A stretch of DNA of 64,000 bases from Prochlorococcus sp. AG-355-B18 (lineage in GTDB: Bacteria > Cyanobacteriota > Cyanobacteriia > PCC-6307 > Cyanobiaceae). A program made the position numbers and the translations under genes. The notes below the pieces were generated by a model. It worked only from the letters and a program-made list of their open reading frames with translations. It did not search any database and had not been told where the DNA came from. Below are positions 23,183-32,396 of this stretch, one piece after another. Position 1 is the stretch's first letter, and each line of letters starts with the position of its first letter. The DNA is taken from the NCBI GenBank assembly GCA_003280965.1, contig QCDI01000006.1, positions 1 through 64,000 of the forward strand, given 5' to 3'.

Positions 23183-24706
23183 ATGGGATTGCCTTGGTAT
23201 CGAGTTCACACAGTAGTTATTAATGACCCAGGTCGACTACTTGCTGTGCATCTTATGCATACTGCATTATTAGCCGGCTGGGCCGGTTCTATGGCTTTAT
23301 ATGAATTAGCCATTTTTGATCCTTCTGATGCTATTCTCAATCCAATGTGGAGACAGGGAATGTACGTTATGCCATTTATGGCAAGACTAGGTATCACAAG
23401 TAGTTGGAACGGATGGGATATAACTGGTGCGACTGGAGTTGATCCAGGATTTTGGAGTTTTGAAGGAGTTGCAGCAGCACACATAGTATTTAGTGGACTA
23501 TTGATGCTTGCCTCTATCTGGCACTGGACATACTGGGACTTAGATTTATGGGAAGATTCTAGAACAGGTGAGCCTGCTCTAGATCTTCCAAGAATCTTTG
23601 GAATCCATCTTCTTCTAGCCGGACTTACATGTTTTGGCTTCGGAGCATTTCATTGCGCAAACGTTGGAATTTGGGTTTCTGATCCTTATGGTTTAACTGG
23701 CCATGTAGAACCAGTAGCTCCATCATGGGGAGTAGATGGATTTAATCCATTTAACCCCGGAGGAATAGTTGCTAACCATATTGCAGCTGGCCTAATGGGT
23801 ATTATTGGAGGCATTTTTCATATCACTAATAGACCTGGAGAAAGACTTTATAGAGCCTTAAAACTTGGAAGTCTTGAAGGAGTTCTTGCAAGCGCTCTAG
23901 CTGCAGTTCTTTTTGTTTCTTTTGTCGTTGCAGGAACAATGTGGTATGGATCTGCGACAACACCGGTAGAATTATTTGGTCCTACCAGATATCAATGGGA
24001 CTCAGGCTACTTCAAAACTGAAATTAATAGAAGGGTTCAAGCGGCTATTGATGATGGTGCTACTAAAGAAGAGGCATATGCATCGATTCCAGAGAAATTA
24101 GCTTTCTACGATTATGTTGGCAACAGTCCTGCTAAAGGAGGATTATTCAGGGTAGGAGCTCTGGTTAATGGAGATGGCTTGCCAACTGGTTGGCAAGGTC
24201 ACATTACTTTCCAAGACAAAGAAGGTAACGATTTAGAAGTTAGAAGAATACCTAATTTCTTTGAGAACTTCCCAGTCATACTTGAAGATAAAGAAGGTAA
24301 TGTAAGAGCTGATATTCCATTTAGAAGAGCCGAAGCCAAGTATTCGTTTGAGCAAACTGGCATAACTGCAACTATCTATGGTGGAGATTTAAATGGACAA
24401 ACATTTACTGATCCTGCAGTAGTAAAAAGATTAGCCAGAAAAGCGCAGCTTGGAGAAGCATTCAAGTTCGACAGAGAAACGTATAAGTCTGATGGTGTAT
24501 TCCGAAGCTCCCCAAGAGCATGGTTTACATATGCACATTTATGTTTCGGATTACTATTCTTGTTTGGCCATTGGTGGCATGCTTCAAGAACCCTATACAG
24601 AAATTCCTTTGCTGGTATTGATGCTGAAATTGGGGATCAAGTTGAATTTGGTTTATTCAAGAAACTTGGTGATGAAACCACCAGAAGAATCCCAGGAAGG
24701 GTTTAA
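23183..24706 (+). CDS. psbB: photosystem II CP47
   Basis: [20 protein letters not shown]; full-length CP47. Confidence 0.99.
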   Translation: MGLPWYRVHTVVINDPGRLLAVHLMHTALLAGWAGSMALYELAIFDPSDAILNPMWRQGMYVMPFMARLGITSSWNGWDITGATGVDPGFWSFEGVAAAHIVFSGLLMLASIWHWTYWDLDLWEDSRTGEPALDLPRIFGIHLLLAGLTCFGFGAFHCANVGIWVSDPYGLTGHVEPVAPSWGVDGFNPFNPGGIVANHIAAGLMGIIGGIFHITNRPGERLYRALKLGSLEGVLASALAAVLFVSFVVAGTMWYGSATTPVELFGPTRYQWDSGYFKTEINRRVQAAIDDGATKEEAYASIPEKLAFYDYVGNSPAKGGLFRVGALVNGDGLPTGWQGHITFQDKEGNDLEVRRIPNFFENFPVILEDKEGNVRADIPFRRAEAKYSFEQTGITATIYGGDLNGQTFTDPAVVKRLARKAQLGEAFKFDRETYKSDGVFRSSPRAWFTYAHLCFGLLFLFGHWWHASRTLYRNSFAGIDAEIGDQVEFGLFKKLGDETTRRIPGRV

Positions 24707-24729
24707 ACTAAACTTTATTTTTTAATCTT

Positions 24730-24828
24730 ATGGAAGCTTTCGCTTACGTTCTCATTTTAACTCTCGCAGTTGTCACTTTATTCTTTGCTGTCGCCTTTAG
24801 AGATCCCCCTAAATTCGATAGAAAATGA
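24730..24828 (+). CDS. psbT: photosystem II protein T
   Basis: Hand-translated [32 protein letters not shown]. Confidence 0.97.
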   Translation: MEAFAYVLILTLAVVTLFFAVAFRDPPKFDRK

Positions 24829-24835
24829 TCTTTTT

Positions 24836-24866
24836 AAAAAAACCTCTTTAACAAGAGGTTTTTTTT
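24836..24866 (+). terminator. rho-independent terminator after psbB-psbT
   Basis: AAAAAAACCTCTT-TAAC-AAGAGGTTTTTTT. Confidence 0.85.
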
Positions 24867-24926
24867 ACTTTTCATAATCAAAATATTACTCTACTATTAG
24901 AGTTAAAGTTCCCCTTAATTCACTAT

Positions 24927-25406
24927 ATGCAGTGTCCAACCTGTCAAAATACAGATAGCAGAGTTTTGGAATCAAGATCTGCTGATAGTGGTAAGAGTGT
25001 CCGAAGAAGAAGAGAATGTTTAAATTGCAGTTTTAGATTTACTACTTATGAAAGAGTTGAGACAATGCCAATATCAGTTATTAAAAAAGACGGCAGTAGA
25101 GAATTATTTGATAAACAAAAATTATTCACTGGTATATCTAGAGCTTGCGAAAAGACTACCTTCACTAGTGATGCGATTATGAATTTTGTAGATGGAATTG
25201 AATCACTAATCATACAAGATTCTAATAAAGATATTAAATCTTCACAAATTGGAGAATTAATACTTAAAAGCCTTAGAAAAGAAAACGAGGTCGCTTACAT
25301 AAGATACGCCTCAGTGTACCGAAAATTTAATGGAGTTAAAGATTTTATATCAACTCTTGAATCTCTCAAAGGAAGTTCAAAAAACCAATTAGCTTCAATT
25401 TTATAA
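24927..25406 (+). CDS. nrdR: transcriptional repressor NrdR
   Basis: CPTC...[19 protein letters not shown] cone, AYIRYASVY. Confidence 0.97.
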   Translation: MQCPTCQNTDSRVLESRSADSGKSVRRRRECLNCSFRFTTYERVETMPISVIKKDGSRELFDKQKLFTGISRACEKTTFTSDAIMNFVDGIESLIIQDSNKDIKSSQIGELILKSLRKENEVAYIRYASVYRKFNGVKDFISTLESLKGSSKNQLASIL

Positions 25407-25505
25407 AATTCAGCATCCTAAAGTGTAGAATAAATAACACAAATGTTTTTGCTACTAGTTTGCAGGCTGGTAGCATTCCTTTCTAACTACCTTAGGTAGT
25501 CTGCG

Positions 25506-26603
25506 ATGCACAAAATGAACGAAAATTCTTCCCAAACAATAAAAGAACTTTCCGAAGATAAAGAAATTAAAAATTTGTCTGAATTAGATGATGATTCAGT
25601 ATCCCAAAATGAAGAAGATTTATCTTTCGAAAAGAATGATATTCCTTCGGCTGATTCTTCCTCTAGCAGAACAAATGCGGACTTTGATAATGCAGGGTTT
25701 ACACAAGAAGAATTTGCATCACTTTTAGGAAAATATGATTATAATTTTAAGCCTGGTGATCTAGTAAAAGGGACTGTTTTTGCTCTAGAACCCAAAGGGG
25801 CCATGATAGATATAGGTGCAAAAACCGCAGCTTTTATGCCTGTTCAGGAAGTTTCAATAAATAGAGTTGAAGGGCTTAATGAAGTTTTACGACCTTCGGA
25901 AAGTAGAGAATTTTTCATAATGAGTGAAGAAAATGAAGATGGTCAATTAGCACTTTCGATTAGAAGAATTGAATACCAAAGAGCATGGGAAAGAGTTAGA
26001 CAACTACAAAAAGAAGATGCGACTATTTATTCTGAAGTTTTTGCAACAAACAGAGGTGGGGCTCTTGTGAGGGTTGAAGGCTTGAGAGGTTTTATTCCAG
26101 GGTCTCACATAAGTGCTCGAAAAATTAAAGATGACCTAGAAGGTGAGTACCTACCTTTAAAATTTCTTGAAGTTGATGAGGAAAGAAACAGATTAGTGCT
26201 AAGTCATAGAAGGGCTTTGGTTGAGAAAAAAATGAATAGACTTGAAGTAGGCGAAGTTGTTGTTGGTTCTGTTAAGGGCATTAAACCTTATGGAGCTTTC
26301 ATTGATATTGGAGGTGTTAGTGGTCTATTGCATATTTCTGAGATCAGTCATGAACATATAGAGACCCCTCATAATGTTTTAAATGTTAATGACCAAATGA
26401 AAGTTATGATTATTGACCTTGATTCGGAAAGAGGAAGAATTTCATTATCTACAAAAGCACTTGAACCAGAACCAGGGGATATGCTAACTGATCCTCAAAA
26501 AGTTTTTAGTAAAGCTGAAGAAATGGCTGCGAAATATAAGCAAATGTTATTTGAGCAAACCGACGAAAATGAAGAAATACCTGTAGCTTCTGAAACAGTC
26601 TAA
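25506..26603 (+). CDS. rpsA: 30S ribosomal protein S1 (cyanobacterial three-domain type)
   Basis: Three S1 domains (DIGAKTAAF, GLRGFIPGSH, GLLHISEIS); start may be 25515. Confidence 0.96.
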   Translation: MHKMNENSSQTIKELSEDKEIKNLSELDDDSVSQNEEDLSFEKNDIPSADSSSSRTNADFDNAGFTQEEFASLLGKYDYNFKPGDLVKGTVFALEPKGAMIDIGAKTAAFMPVQEVSINRVEGLNEVLRPSESREFFIMSEENEDGQLALSIRRIEYQRAWERVRQLQKEDATIYSEVFATNRGGALVRVEGLRGFIPGSHISARKIKDDLEGEYLPLKFLEVDEERNRLVLSHRRALVEKKMNRLEVGEVVVGSVKGIKPYGAFIDIGGVSGLLHISEISHEHIETPHNVLNVNDQMKVMIIDLDSERGRISLSTKALEPEPGDMLTDPQKVFSKAEEMAAKYKQMLFEQTDENEEIPVASETV

Positions 26604-26738
26604 ATTTACTTTTTTGTTGAGCAGGGATATCCCAAAATCAGGGCTATTTATCTTATTGAATATTTTTAATTTACAATCATTGATTAGTAATCACAATCTA
26701 ATTTAGGATAATAATTAATCTTACGAAATTATATTTAA

Positions 26739-27983
26739 ATGAGTGATTTCATATTCACTTCTGAATCTGTAACTGAAGGTCATCCTGACAAAATATGTGA
26801 TCAAATAAGTGATGCTGTTTTAGATGCTTTATTGACAGAAGATCCAGAAAGCAGAGTTGCTTGTGAAACTGTAGTAAATACTGGTCTTTGTTTACTTACT
26901 GGAGAAATAACTTCAAAAGCAAAAGTTGATTATATAAAGTTAGTTAGAAATGTTATTAAAGAAATTGGATATGAAGATCATAAAGCGGGGGGCTTTGACG
27001 CAAATAGCTGCGCTGTATTAGTAGCCCTTGACGAGCAATCACCAGATATTTCTCAAGGAGTTAACGAAGCTGATGATATTAATAATGATTTGGAAAACAA
27101 TACCGGGGCTGGTGATCAAGGAATAATGTTTGGATATGCATGCGATGAAACTCCTGAATTGATGCCTTTACCAATTAGCTTGGCTCATAGATTAGCCATT
27201 CAACTTGCCAAAGTAAGACATGAAAAAGTCCTTAATTATCTCCTCCCTGATGGTAAAACTCAAGTAAGCATTGATTACAAAAAAGGGGAGCCAGTTTCAA
27301 TTAACACCATTTTAATTTCTACTCAACATAATCCTGAGATTGATGGCATAAAAGATGAAGAAGAAATTCGTCAAAGAATAAAAGAGGATTTATGGACAAA
27401 TGTTGTTATACCTGCGACTGAAGATTTAGAAATCAAGCCAGACATTCACAAAACAAGATTTCTAGTAAATCCCACAGGTAAATTTGTCATAGGAGGTCCT
27501 CAAGGAGATGCAGGCCTTACTGGCAGAAAAATAATTGTAGATACTTATGGAGGGTATGCAAGACACGGAGGTGGCGCATTTTCGGGCAAAGATCCCACAA
27601 AAGTGGATAGATCAGCTGCTTATGCAGCACGTTACGTAGCTAAAAGTATTGTTAAGGCAAAATTAGCAAAAAAGGCTGAAGTACAATTAAGTTATGCAAT
27701 TGGAGTTGCAAAGCCTATTTCCATTCTCGTTGAAACTTTTGATACTGGTGTGATTTCACAAGCTAATTTGACTGAAATTATTAAAGAGCACTTTGATTTA
27801 AGACCTGCAGCAATAATAAATGAATTTAACTTAAGAAATCTACCAAAAAAAAGGAGTGGGAAATTTTTTATAAAGACTGCATCCTACGGACATTTTGGCA
27901 GAAGAGATCTTGAGCTCCCTTGGGAAAATGTTGAAGAAAAAGCAGCCCAATTAGTAAAGGCATCTAAAATATTTTTGAAATAA
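26739..27983 (+). CDS. metK: S-adenosylmethionine synthetase
   Basis: [28 protein letters not shown]. Confidence 0.99.
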   Translation: MSDFIFTSESVTEGHPDKICDQISDAVLDALLTEDPESRVACETVVNTGLCLLTGEITSKAKVDYIKLVRNVIKEIGYEDHKAGGFDANSCAVLVALDEQSPDISQGVNEADDINNDLENNTGAGDQGIMFGYACDETPELMPLPISLAHRLAIQLAKVRHEKVLNYLLPDGKTQVSIDYKKGEPVSINTILISTQHNPEIDGIKDEEEIRQRIKEDLWTNVVIPATEDLEIKPDIHKTRFLVNPTGKFVIGGPQGDAGLTGRKIIVDTYGGYARHGGGAFSGKDPTKVDRSAAYAARYVAKSIVKAKLAKKAEVQLSYAIGVAKPISILVETFDTGVISQANLTEIIKEHFDLRPAAIINEFNLRNLPKKRSGKFFIKTASYGHFGRRDLELPWENVEEKAAQLVKASKIFLK

Positions 27984-27992
27984 ATTTACTCT

Positions 27993-29222
27993 ATGCCTGA
28001 TAATTTTTATGGAGGGTTAGATTTTGGAACCAGTGGTGTAAGAATATCTATAATTGATCTTCATAAGGAATTGGTATATTCAAATTCAATTCCTTATCTA
28101 TACAGTTTTAAAAATCCAAATTCTTGGATCAACTCTTGTGAAAAAATCTTAGATAGTATACCTGTTGAGGTAAAAAGTAACCTTAATAAATTGGCTATAT
28201 CTGGCACCTCAGGAACTTTGATGGCATCAAATTTAAAAGGGGAGCCGATGGGAGAAGCAATACCATATCACCAAGCATGTAATGAAAGTAAGATCCTTGT
28301 TGAATCCTTAACTTTTGGAGAAGATCATTTACAAACCCCATACAGTAGTCTTGCAAAAGCACTGAATCTAATAGATAAATATGGGACAAATATACTTTTA
28401 AGACATCAATCTGATTGGATAACTGGCTGGTTTTTAAAAGATTGGACTTATGGAGAAGAAGGCAATAATCTCAAACTTGGTTGGGATATAAAAAAAGGAT
28501 CTTGGCCAATAAGTTTTCTGAATACTTCATGGCAAAAATGCTTGCCTGAAATAATAAAAAGTGGAAAAATTATTGGAAAAGTTAATTCTGATTTAGCAAA
28601 AAAACTTAACTTGAATAATCAATTATTATTGATCTCAGGCACCACTGATTCTAATGCAAGTTTAATAGCGGCAAGTTTAGGGAAAGAAGATGGTCTGACA
28701 GTTTTAGGGACAACTATTGTAGTTAAAAAAATTATTGATAAGCCAGTAAAAGAACTAGGAATCACAACACATAGAGTCAGTGGCAATTGGATCTGTGGAG
28801 GCGCATCAAACGCAGGATGCGGTATCCTATCTAAATTCTTTTCTGATTTAGAAATCAAAGAACTAAGTCGACAAATAAATCCATCGAAAAATACTTCTTT
28901 AAATCTTTTACCTCTTAATAGTAAGGGAGAGAGATTTCCTGTAAATAATTCTAATTTAGAACCGATTCTTGGTCCTAGACCAGTAAGCGACTCACTTTAT
29001 TTACATGCACTATTCGAAGGTCTAGCTAACATTGAATTGAAAGGATGGGAAAAACTACGCGAACTTACGGGTTCGCTTCCAAAAAAAATTATTACTATTG
29101 GTGGAGGTTCAAAAAACCCTCAGTGGAGAAAAATAAGAGAAAAAATTATTAATATACCAATAGTTTCATGTAATAAAACTACTTCATTTGGTACTGCATT
29201 ATTAGCCATTAATTCAAAATAA
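27993..29222 (+). CDS. FGGY-family carbohydrate kinase (ribulose/xylulose kinase-like)
   Basis: GLDFGTSGVR, GTSGT, GTTDS, GERFP, GGGSKN. Confidence 0.9.
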   Translation: MPDNFYGGLDFGTSGVRISIIDLHKELVYSNSIPYLYSFKNPNSWINSCEKILDSIPVEVKSNLNKLAISGTSGTLMASNLKGEPMGEAIPYHQACNESKILVESLTFGEDHLQTPYSSLAKALNLIDKYGTNILLRHQSDWITGWFLKDWTYGEEGNNLKLGWDIKKGSWPISFLNTSWQKCLPEIIKSGKIIGKVNSDLAKKLNLNNQLLLISGTTDSNASLIAASLGKEDGLTVLGTTIVVKKIIDKPVKELGITTHRVSGNWICGGASNAGCGILSKFFSDLEIKELSRQINPSKNTSLNLLPLNSKGERFPVNNSNLEPILGPRPVSDSLYLHALFEGLANIELKGWEKLRELTGSLPKKIITIGGGSKNPQWRKIREKIINIPIVSCNKTTSFGTALLAINSK

Positions 29223-29310
29223 TAATTTTTGATATTTGATGAAGATATAAAATTTTTAGCGAAAAGGGTTTCACAAACTACACATCTTAATTTAAAGTAT
29301 ATAGGTTGGA

Positions 29311-29383
29311 GCCGGGATAGCTCAGTTGGTAGAGCAGGCGACTGAAAATCGCCGTGTCCCCAGTTCAAATCTGGGTCCTGGCA
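29311..29383 (+). tRNA. trnF: tRNA-Phe(GAA)
   Basis: GCCGGGATAGCTCAGTTGGTAGAGCAGGCGACTGAAAATCGCC...GTTCAAATC. Confidence 0.97.
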
Positions 29384-29387
29384 CCTT

Positions 29388-29414
29388 TAAAACCCCTTCA
29401 TAGAAGGGGTTTTA
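29388..29414. terminator. bidirectional rho-independent terminator
   Basis: TAAAACCCCTTC-ATA-GAAGGGGTTTTA between convergent tRNA-Phe and the 29470 ORF. Confidence 0.85.
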
Positions 29415-29469
29415 TATTTTCTAGAAATATAGAAACTTAATTTTTATTTTTTCTAGAATTTGAAATGTT

Positions 29470-29889
29470 TTAGTTTTCCACTCTGCAGACTTGACCAATA
29501 ACACCCAAAATTAGTTCATCTCCATTTGGATCTTGCCAATCAGCGAAATCATTGAAATTACTATTTACTTCATCTATAGCTACATCAACGTCTCTAAATG
29601 ATTTTTCAAAACAATTTATATCCATTGTATAAAGAATATCCTTTGTAATTTCACTTTGTGTTTTGGGAATAAATTTACTCAATACTCTTACAGAACCGTC
29701 TTCATTCCTTTTTATACTTTGCCTATCCCATAACTGTTCTCCATATTCACTTTTAGGAACTCCGACCCATTCATGAAGCAAAGCATCTGATTTTTTTATT
29801 GAAATACAAAAAGAAACGATAATCGAAAGGACTAAATAAATGATATTTCGAAAAAATATCGAATTAACTTTATTCTTAGAATCAACCAT
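29470..29889 (-). CDS. hypothetical exported protein
   Basis: N-terminal hydrophobic/signal segment, soluble domain with two Cys. Confidence 0.7.
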   Translation of the reverse strand: MVDSKNKVNSIFFRNIIYLVLSIIVSFCISIKKSDALLHEWVGVPKSEYGEQLWDRQSIKRNEDGSVRVLSKFIPKTQSEITKDILYTMDINCFEKSFRDVDVAIDEVNSNFNDFADWQDPNGDELILGVIGQVCRVEN

Positions 29890-30037
29890 AACAACTTATG
29901 AAATACAAAAATCTTTTATTGGGAGGAAATATAAGATTAAAAATTTGTAAAAATTTTTATTGATTAGTATTTCTATTATAGATAGAATCAAATATTAAAA
30001 TTAAGAATTTACTTCCAATAAATTTATTAGCAAAATA

Positions 30038-30673
30038 ATGAATAAAATACAGAAATTTTTCTCAGTAGTTTTTTTTATAGCAATATTTGTTGTATTGATT
30101 TATTTAATCCAAAATTATGGGATTGAGCCTCTAAGGAACAAAATAGAAAGTATGGGTTTTTGGGCTCCTTTTGGAATATTTATACTTAGAGGAGTAAGCA
30201 TTATTTTACCTGCCCTTCCAAGTTCAGCTTATTCTCTGCTAGCTGGATCATTACTTGGATTTCAAAAAGGTTACATGACTATAATCTTTTCTGATATCGT
30301 TTTTTGCCAAGCTGCTTTCTTTATTGCAAGAAATTATGGTCGGGTTCCTGTACGTAATTTAGTAGGCCCAAAAGCCATGCAAAAGATTGAAAATTTTAAT
30401 CAAAACCAGCTAGAAGAAAATTTCTTTCTTATGACAGGTCTACTAATGACAGGCCTTTTTGATTTTCTAAGTTACGCAATTGGTATTGGTGGAACTCGCT
30501 GGAAAATATTTACTCCAGCATTAGTAATAAGCCTTCTAATCAGTGACTCTATATTAGTAGCAGTGGGAGCTGGAGTTAGCCAGGGAGCAGGATTATTTCT
30601 AGGGATTGCTCTATTGGGAATGTTTGCTTTAGCGACTATTTCAGGATTAGCAAAAAATAAAATGCCTAAATAA
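30038..30673 (+). CDS. TVP38/TMEM64 (DedA/VTT) membrane protein
   Basis: LPALPSSAYSLLAGSLLG, FFIARNYGR, FDFLSYAIG. Confidence 0.88.
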   Translation: MNKIQKFFSVVFFIAIFVVLIYLIQNYGIEPLRNKIESMGFWAPFGIFILRGVSIILPALPSSAYSLLAGSLLGFQKGYMTIIFSDIVFCQAAFFIARNYGRVPVRNLVGPKAMQKIENFNQNQLEENFFLMTGLLMTGLFDFLSYAIGIGGTRWKIFTPALVISLLISDSILVAVGAGVSQGAGLFLGIALLGMFALATISGLAKNKMPK

Positions 30674-30790
30674 CAAAACAGTTGATAATGCTGTAATCAA
30701 AAAAGAAAGATATGACATTTTTGCAAACAACAACTTCATAAATAAGAATTCATGCAAGAATAGAAATCGATTAATTTTTAAAATTATTAG

Positions 30791-30970
30791 ATGACTCCAT
30801 TTAGACCAACTTCATATGATCGCCCTGGAGAACAAATATCAACCACTCCTTCTGGACTAAAAGTAACTTCTGCAAAGAGATTAATGGTGGATTCAATGGT
30901 AAGAATGATACAAAAAGCAGAAAATCATTCAGTAGAAGATAAACTTGACGAAGAATCTAATAACAATTAA
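30791..30970 (+). CDS. 59-aa hypothetical protein upstream of cpeS
   Basis: Hand-translated [59 protein letters not shown]; overlaps the cpeS start. Confidence 0.65.
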   Translation: MTPFRPTSYDRPGEQISTTPSGLKVTSAKRLMVDSMVRMIQKAENHSVEDKLDEESNNN

Positions 30971-31493
30971 TCAATTCATTGATAAAAGTATAGGAGAGTG
31001 GAAATCTATAAGAAGTACTCACACTTTAGCTTTTCAGGAATTTGAAAACTCAACTAGTAAAATATACATAAAACATATCAACTCAAAAAATAAAAAAGTA
31101 GTTGAAATTTTTAAAAATTATAAATCAACTTTAAACTTAGAGAATATAGCCATTTCTATAAAATGGCAAGCTATTAGTGATTGGGATGATGATATAGGTA
31201 AGGGAGATGAAACTATTTTGATTTTTTTACCAAAAGATGAAAATTCAGGAATTGTTTTAAGAAATAAAGGTTATACCGAATCTGTTATTTCATCTTCAAA
31301 TTATTTTGTTGATGAACAAAATAATTTACACATTAAAACTGTATATAAATCAACAATTTCCGAAGAAAAAATTTCCTTTTTATCCACTCACATAAGATCC
31401 AGATTTTCTACTATTAGAAATCAGGAAACCAAATCAGTAATACAGACTTCCCATACTTCAGAGATTAGAAATTTAGCTAGTTTAAAAGATTAA
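30945..31493 (+). CDS. cpeS: phycobiliprotein lyase CpeS/CpcS family
   Basis: [38 protein letters not shown]; next to cpeB. Confidence 0.88.
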   Translation: MTKNLITINQFIDKSIGEWKSIRSTHTLAFQEFENSTSKIYIKHINSKNKKVVEIFKNYKSTLNLENIAISIKWQAISDWDDDIGKGDETILIFLPKDENSGIVLRNKGYTESVISSSNYFVDEQNNLHIKTVYKSTISEEKISFLSTHIRSRFSTIRNQETKSVIQTSHTSEIRNLASLKD

Positions 31494-31989
31494 TTATCCT
31501 TTCAAATTGAAACTCTGTTTGAGAAATTAAATCAGGAAGAAATTTTTTGTTTCCCTCCATACTATCAACTGTTGATCTTAAGTCAGAGATGGTTGCATCA
31601 CGCATTAATTTAATAACCCTTCTTGCATTTCTTAAAGGTACCCCTAGAGCAAGATAAGTATTTTTAAGATCCTTCAAACAACTTTTTTCTAAAACTGATT
31701 CGTCATTAGAAATTAAAAGATAAGCAACAATCCTTAGGATTATTTCTCCATCTCTTAAACAAACAGACATCTTGTTAGTAGTATTTAAAGCTGTTTTAGA
31801 ATTAACTGAATCTTGATTTTCGCAAATCATTGCTGTTACTGCATCTGCTGCAATTGCATGTGAATTTTTAGTTATTGAGGTTATTGCATCTAATCTAGAG
31901 TTTGCAGTATTAATGAATTCTTTTATATTGCTTAAATCATTTAATTTCTTATCAGCGGAAATTAGTTGGTTATTCTTTAAAACTGTCAT
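31477..31989 (-). CDS. cpeB: degenerate phycoerythrin beta subunit
   Basis: [39 protein letters not shown]. Confidence 0.92.
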   Translation of the reverse strand: MTVLKNNQLISADKKLNDLSNIKEFINTANSRLDAITSITKNSHAIAADAVTAMICENQDSVNSKTALNTTNKMSVCLRDGEIILRIVAYLLISNDESVLEKSCLKDLKNTYLALGVPLRNARRVIKLMRDATISDLRSTVDSMEGNKKFLPDLISQTEFQFERIINLLN

Positions 31990-32167
31990 TCCTAAATTAA
32001 AAAAATTAAAGTTCGAATCCTAGAATAGTACAAAGCTTGTAAAAACAATACATTTTAAAAATTAACGCAACTCTTCTTAATCAATAACTTCATTCCAAAG
32101 TGATAGTTGAAATAATTCAAATAAAAAAGTTTTTTCCGCTAATATAAAGCTACGTTCTAATAAAGTT

Positions 32168-32374
32168 TTGGATCAACAAGATTTAAAATTATCAAAAAAA
32201 CTTATTACCTCTTATAAAAAGAGATTGGAAAAAGAAATTCTAAACAGAAGTATGAAATTAAGAATGCCTCAAAATAAATTTGAAGAAATAATTCATAACA
32301 ATAATGAACTTATTAATTTAAAAAAAGCGTTAGAAAAGTTAGAAGCAAAAACTGAACCGCATAATAAAGTCTGA
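32168..32374 (+). CDS. hypothetical protein
   Basis: 68-aa helical ORF, TTG start, directly upstream of uvrD. Confidence 0.55.
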   Translation: MDQQDLKLSKKLITSYKKRLEKEILNRSMKLRMPQNKFEEIIHNNNELINLKKALEKLEAKTEPHNKV

Positions 32375-32396
32375 CTCTTGAAAAAACCTTACAAAA

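Noticed and set aside
29120..29368. 82-aa minus ORF containing FQSPALPTELSR
   Set aside because: Antisense translation of tRNA-Phe
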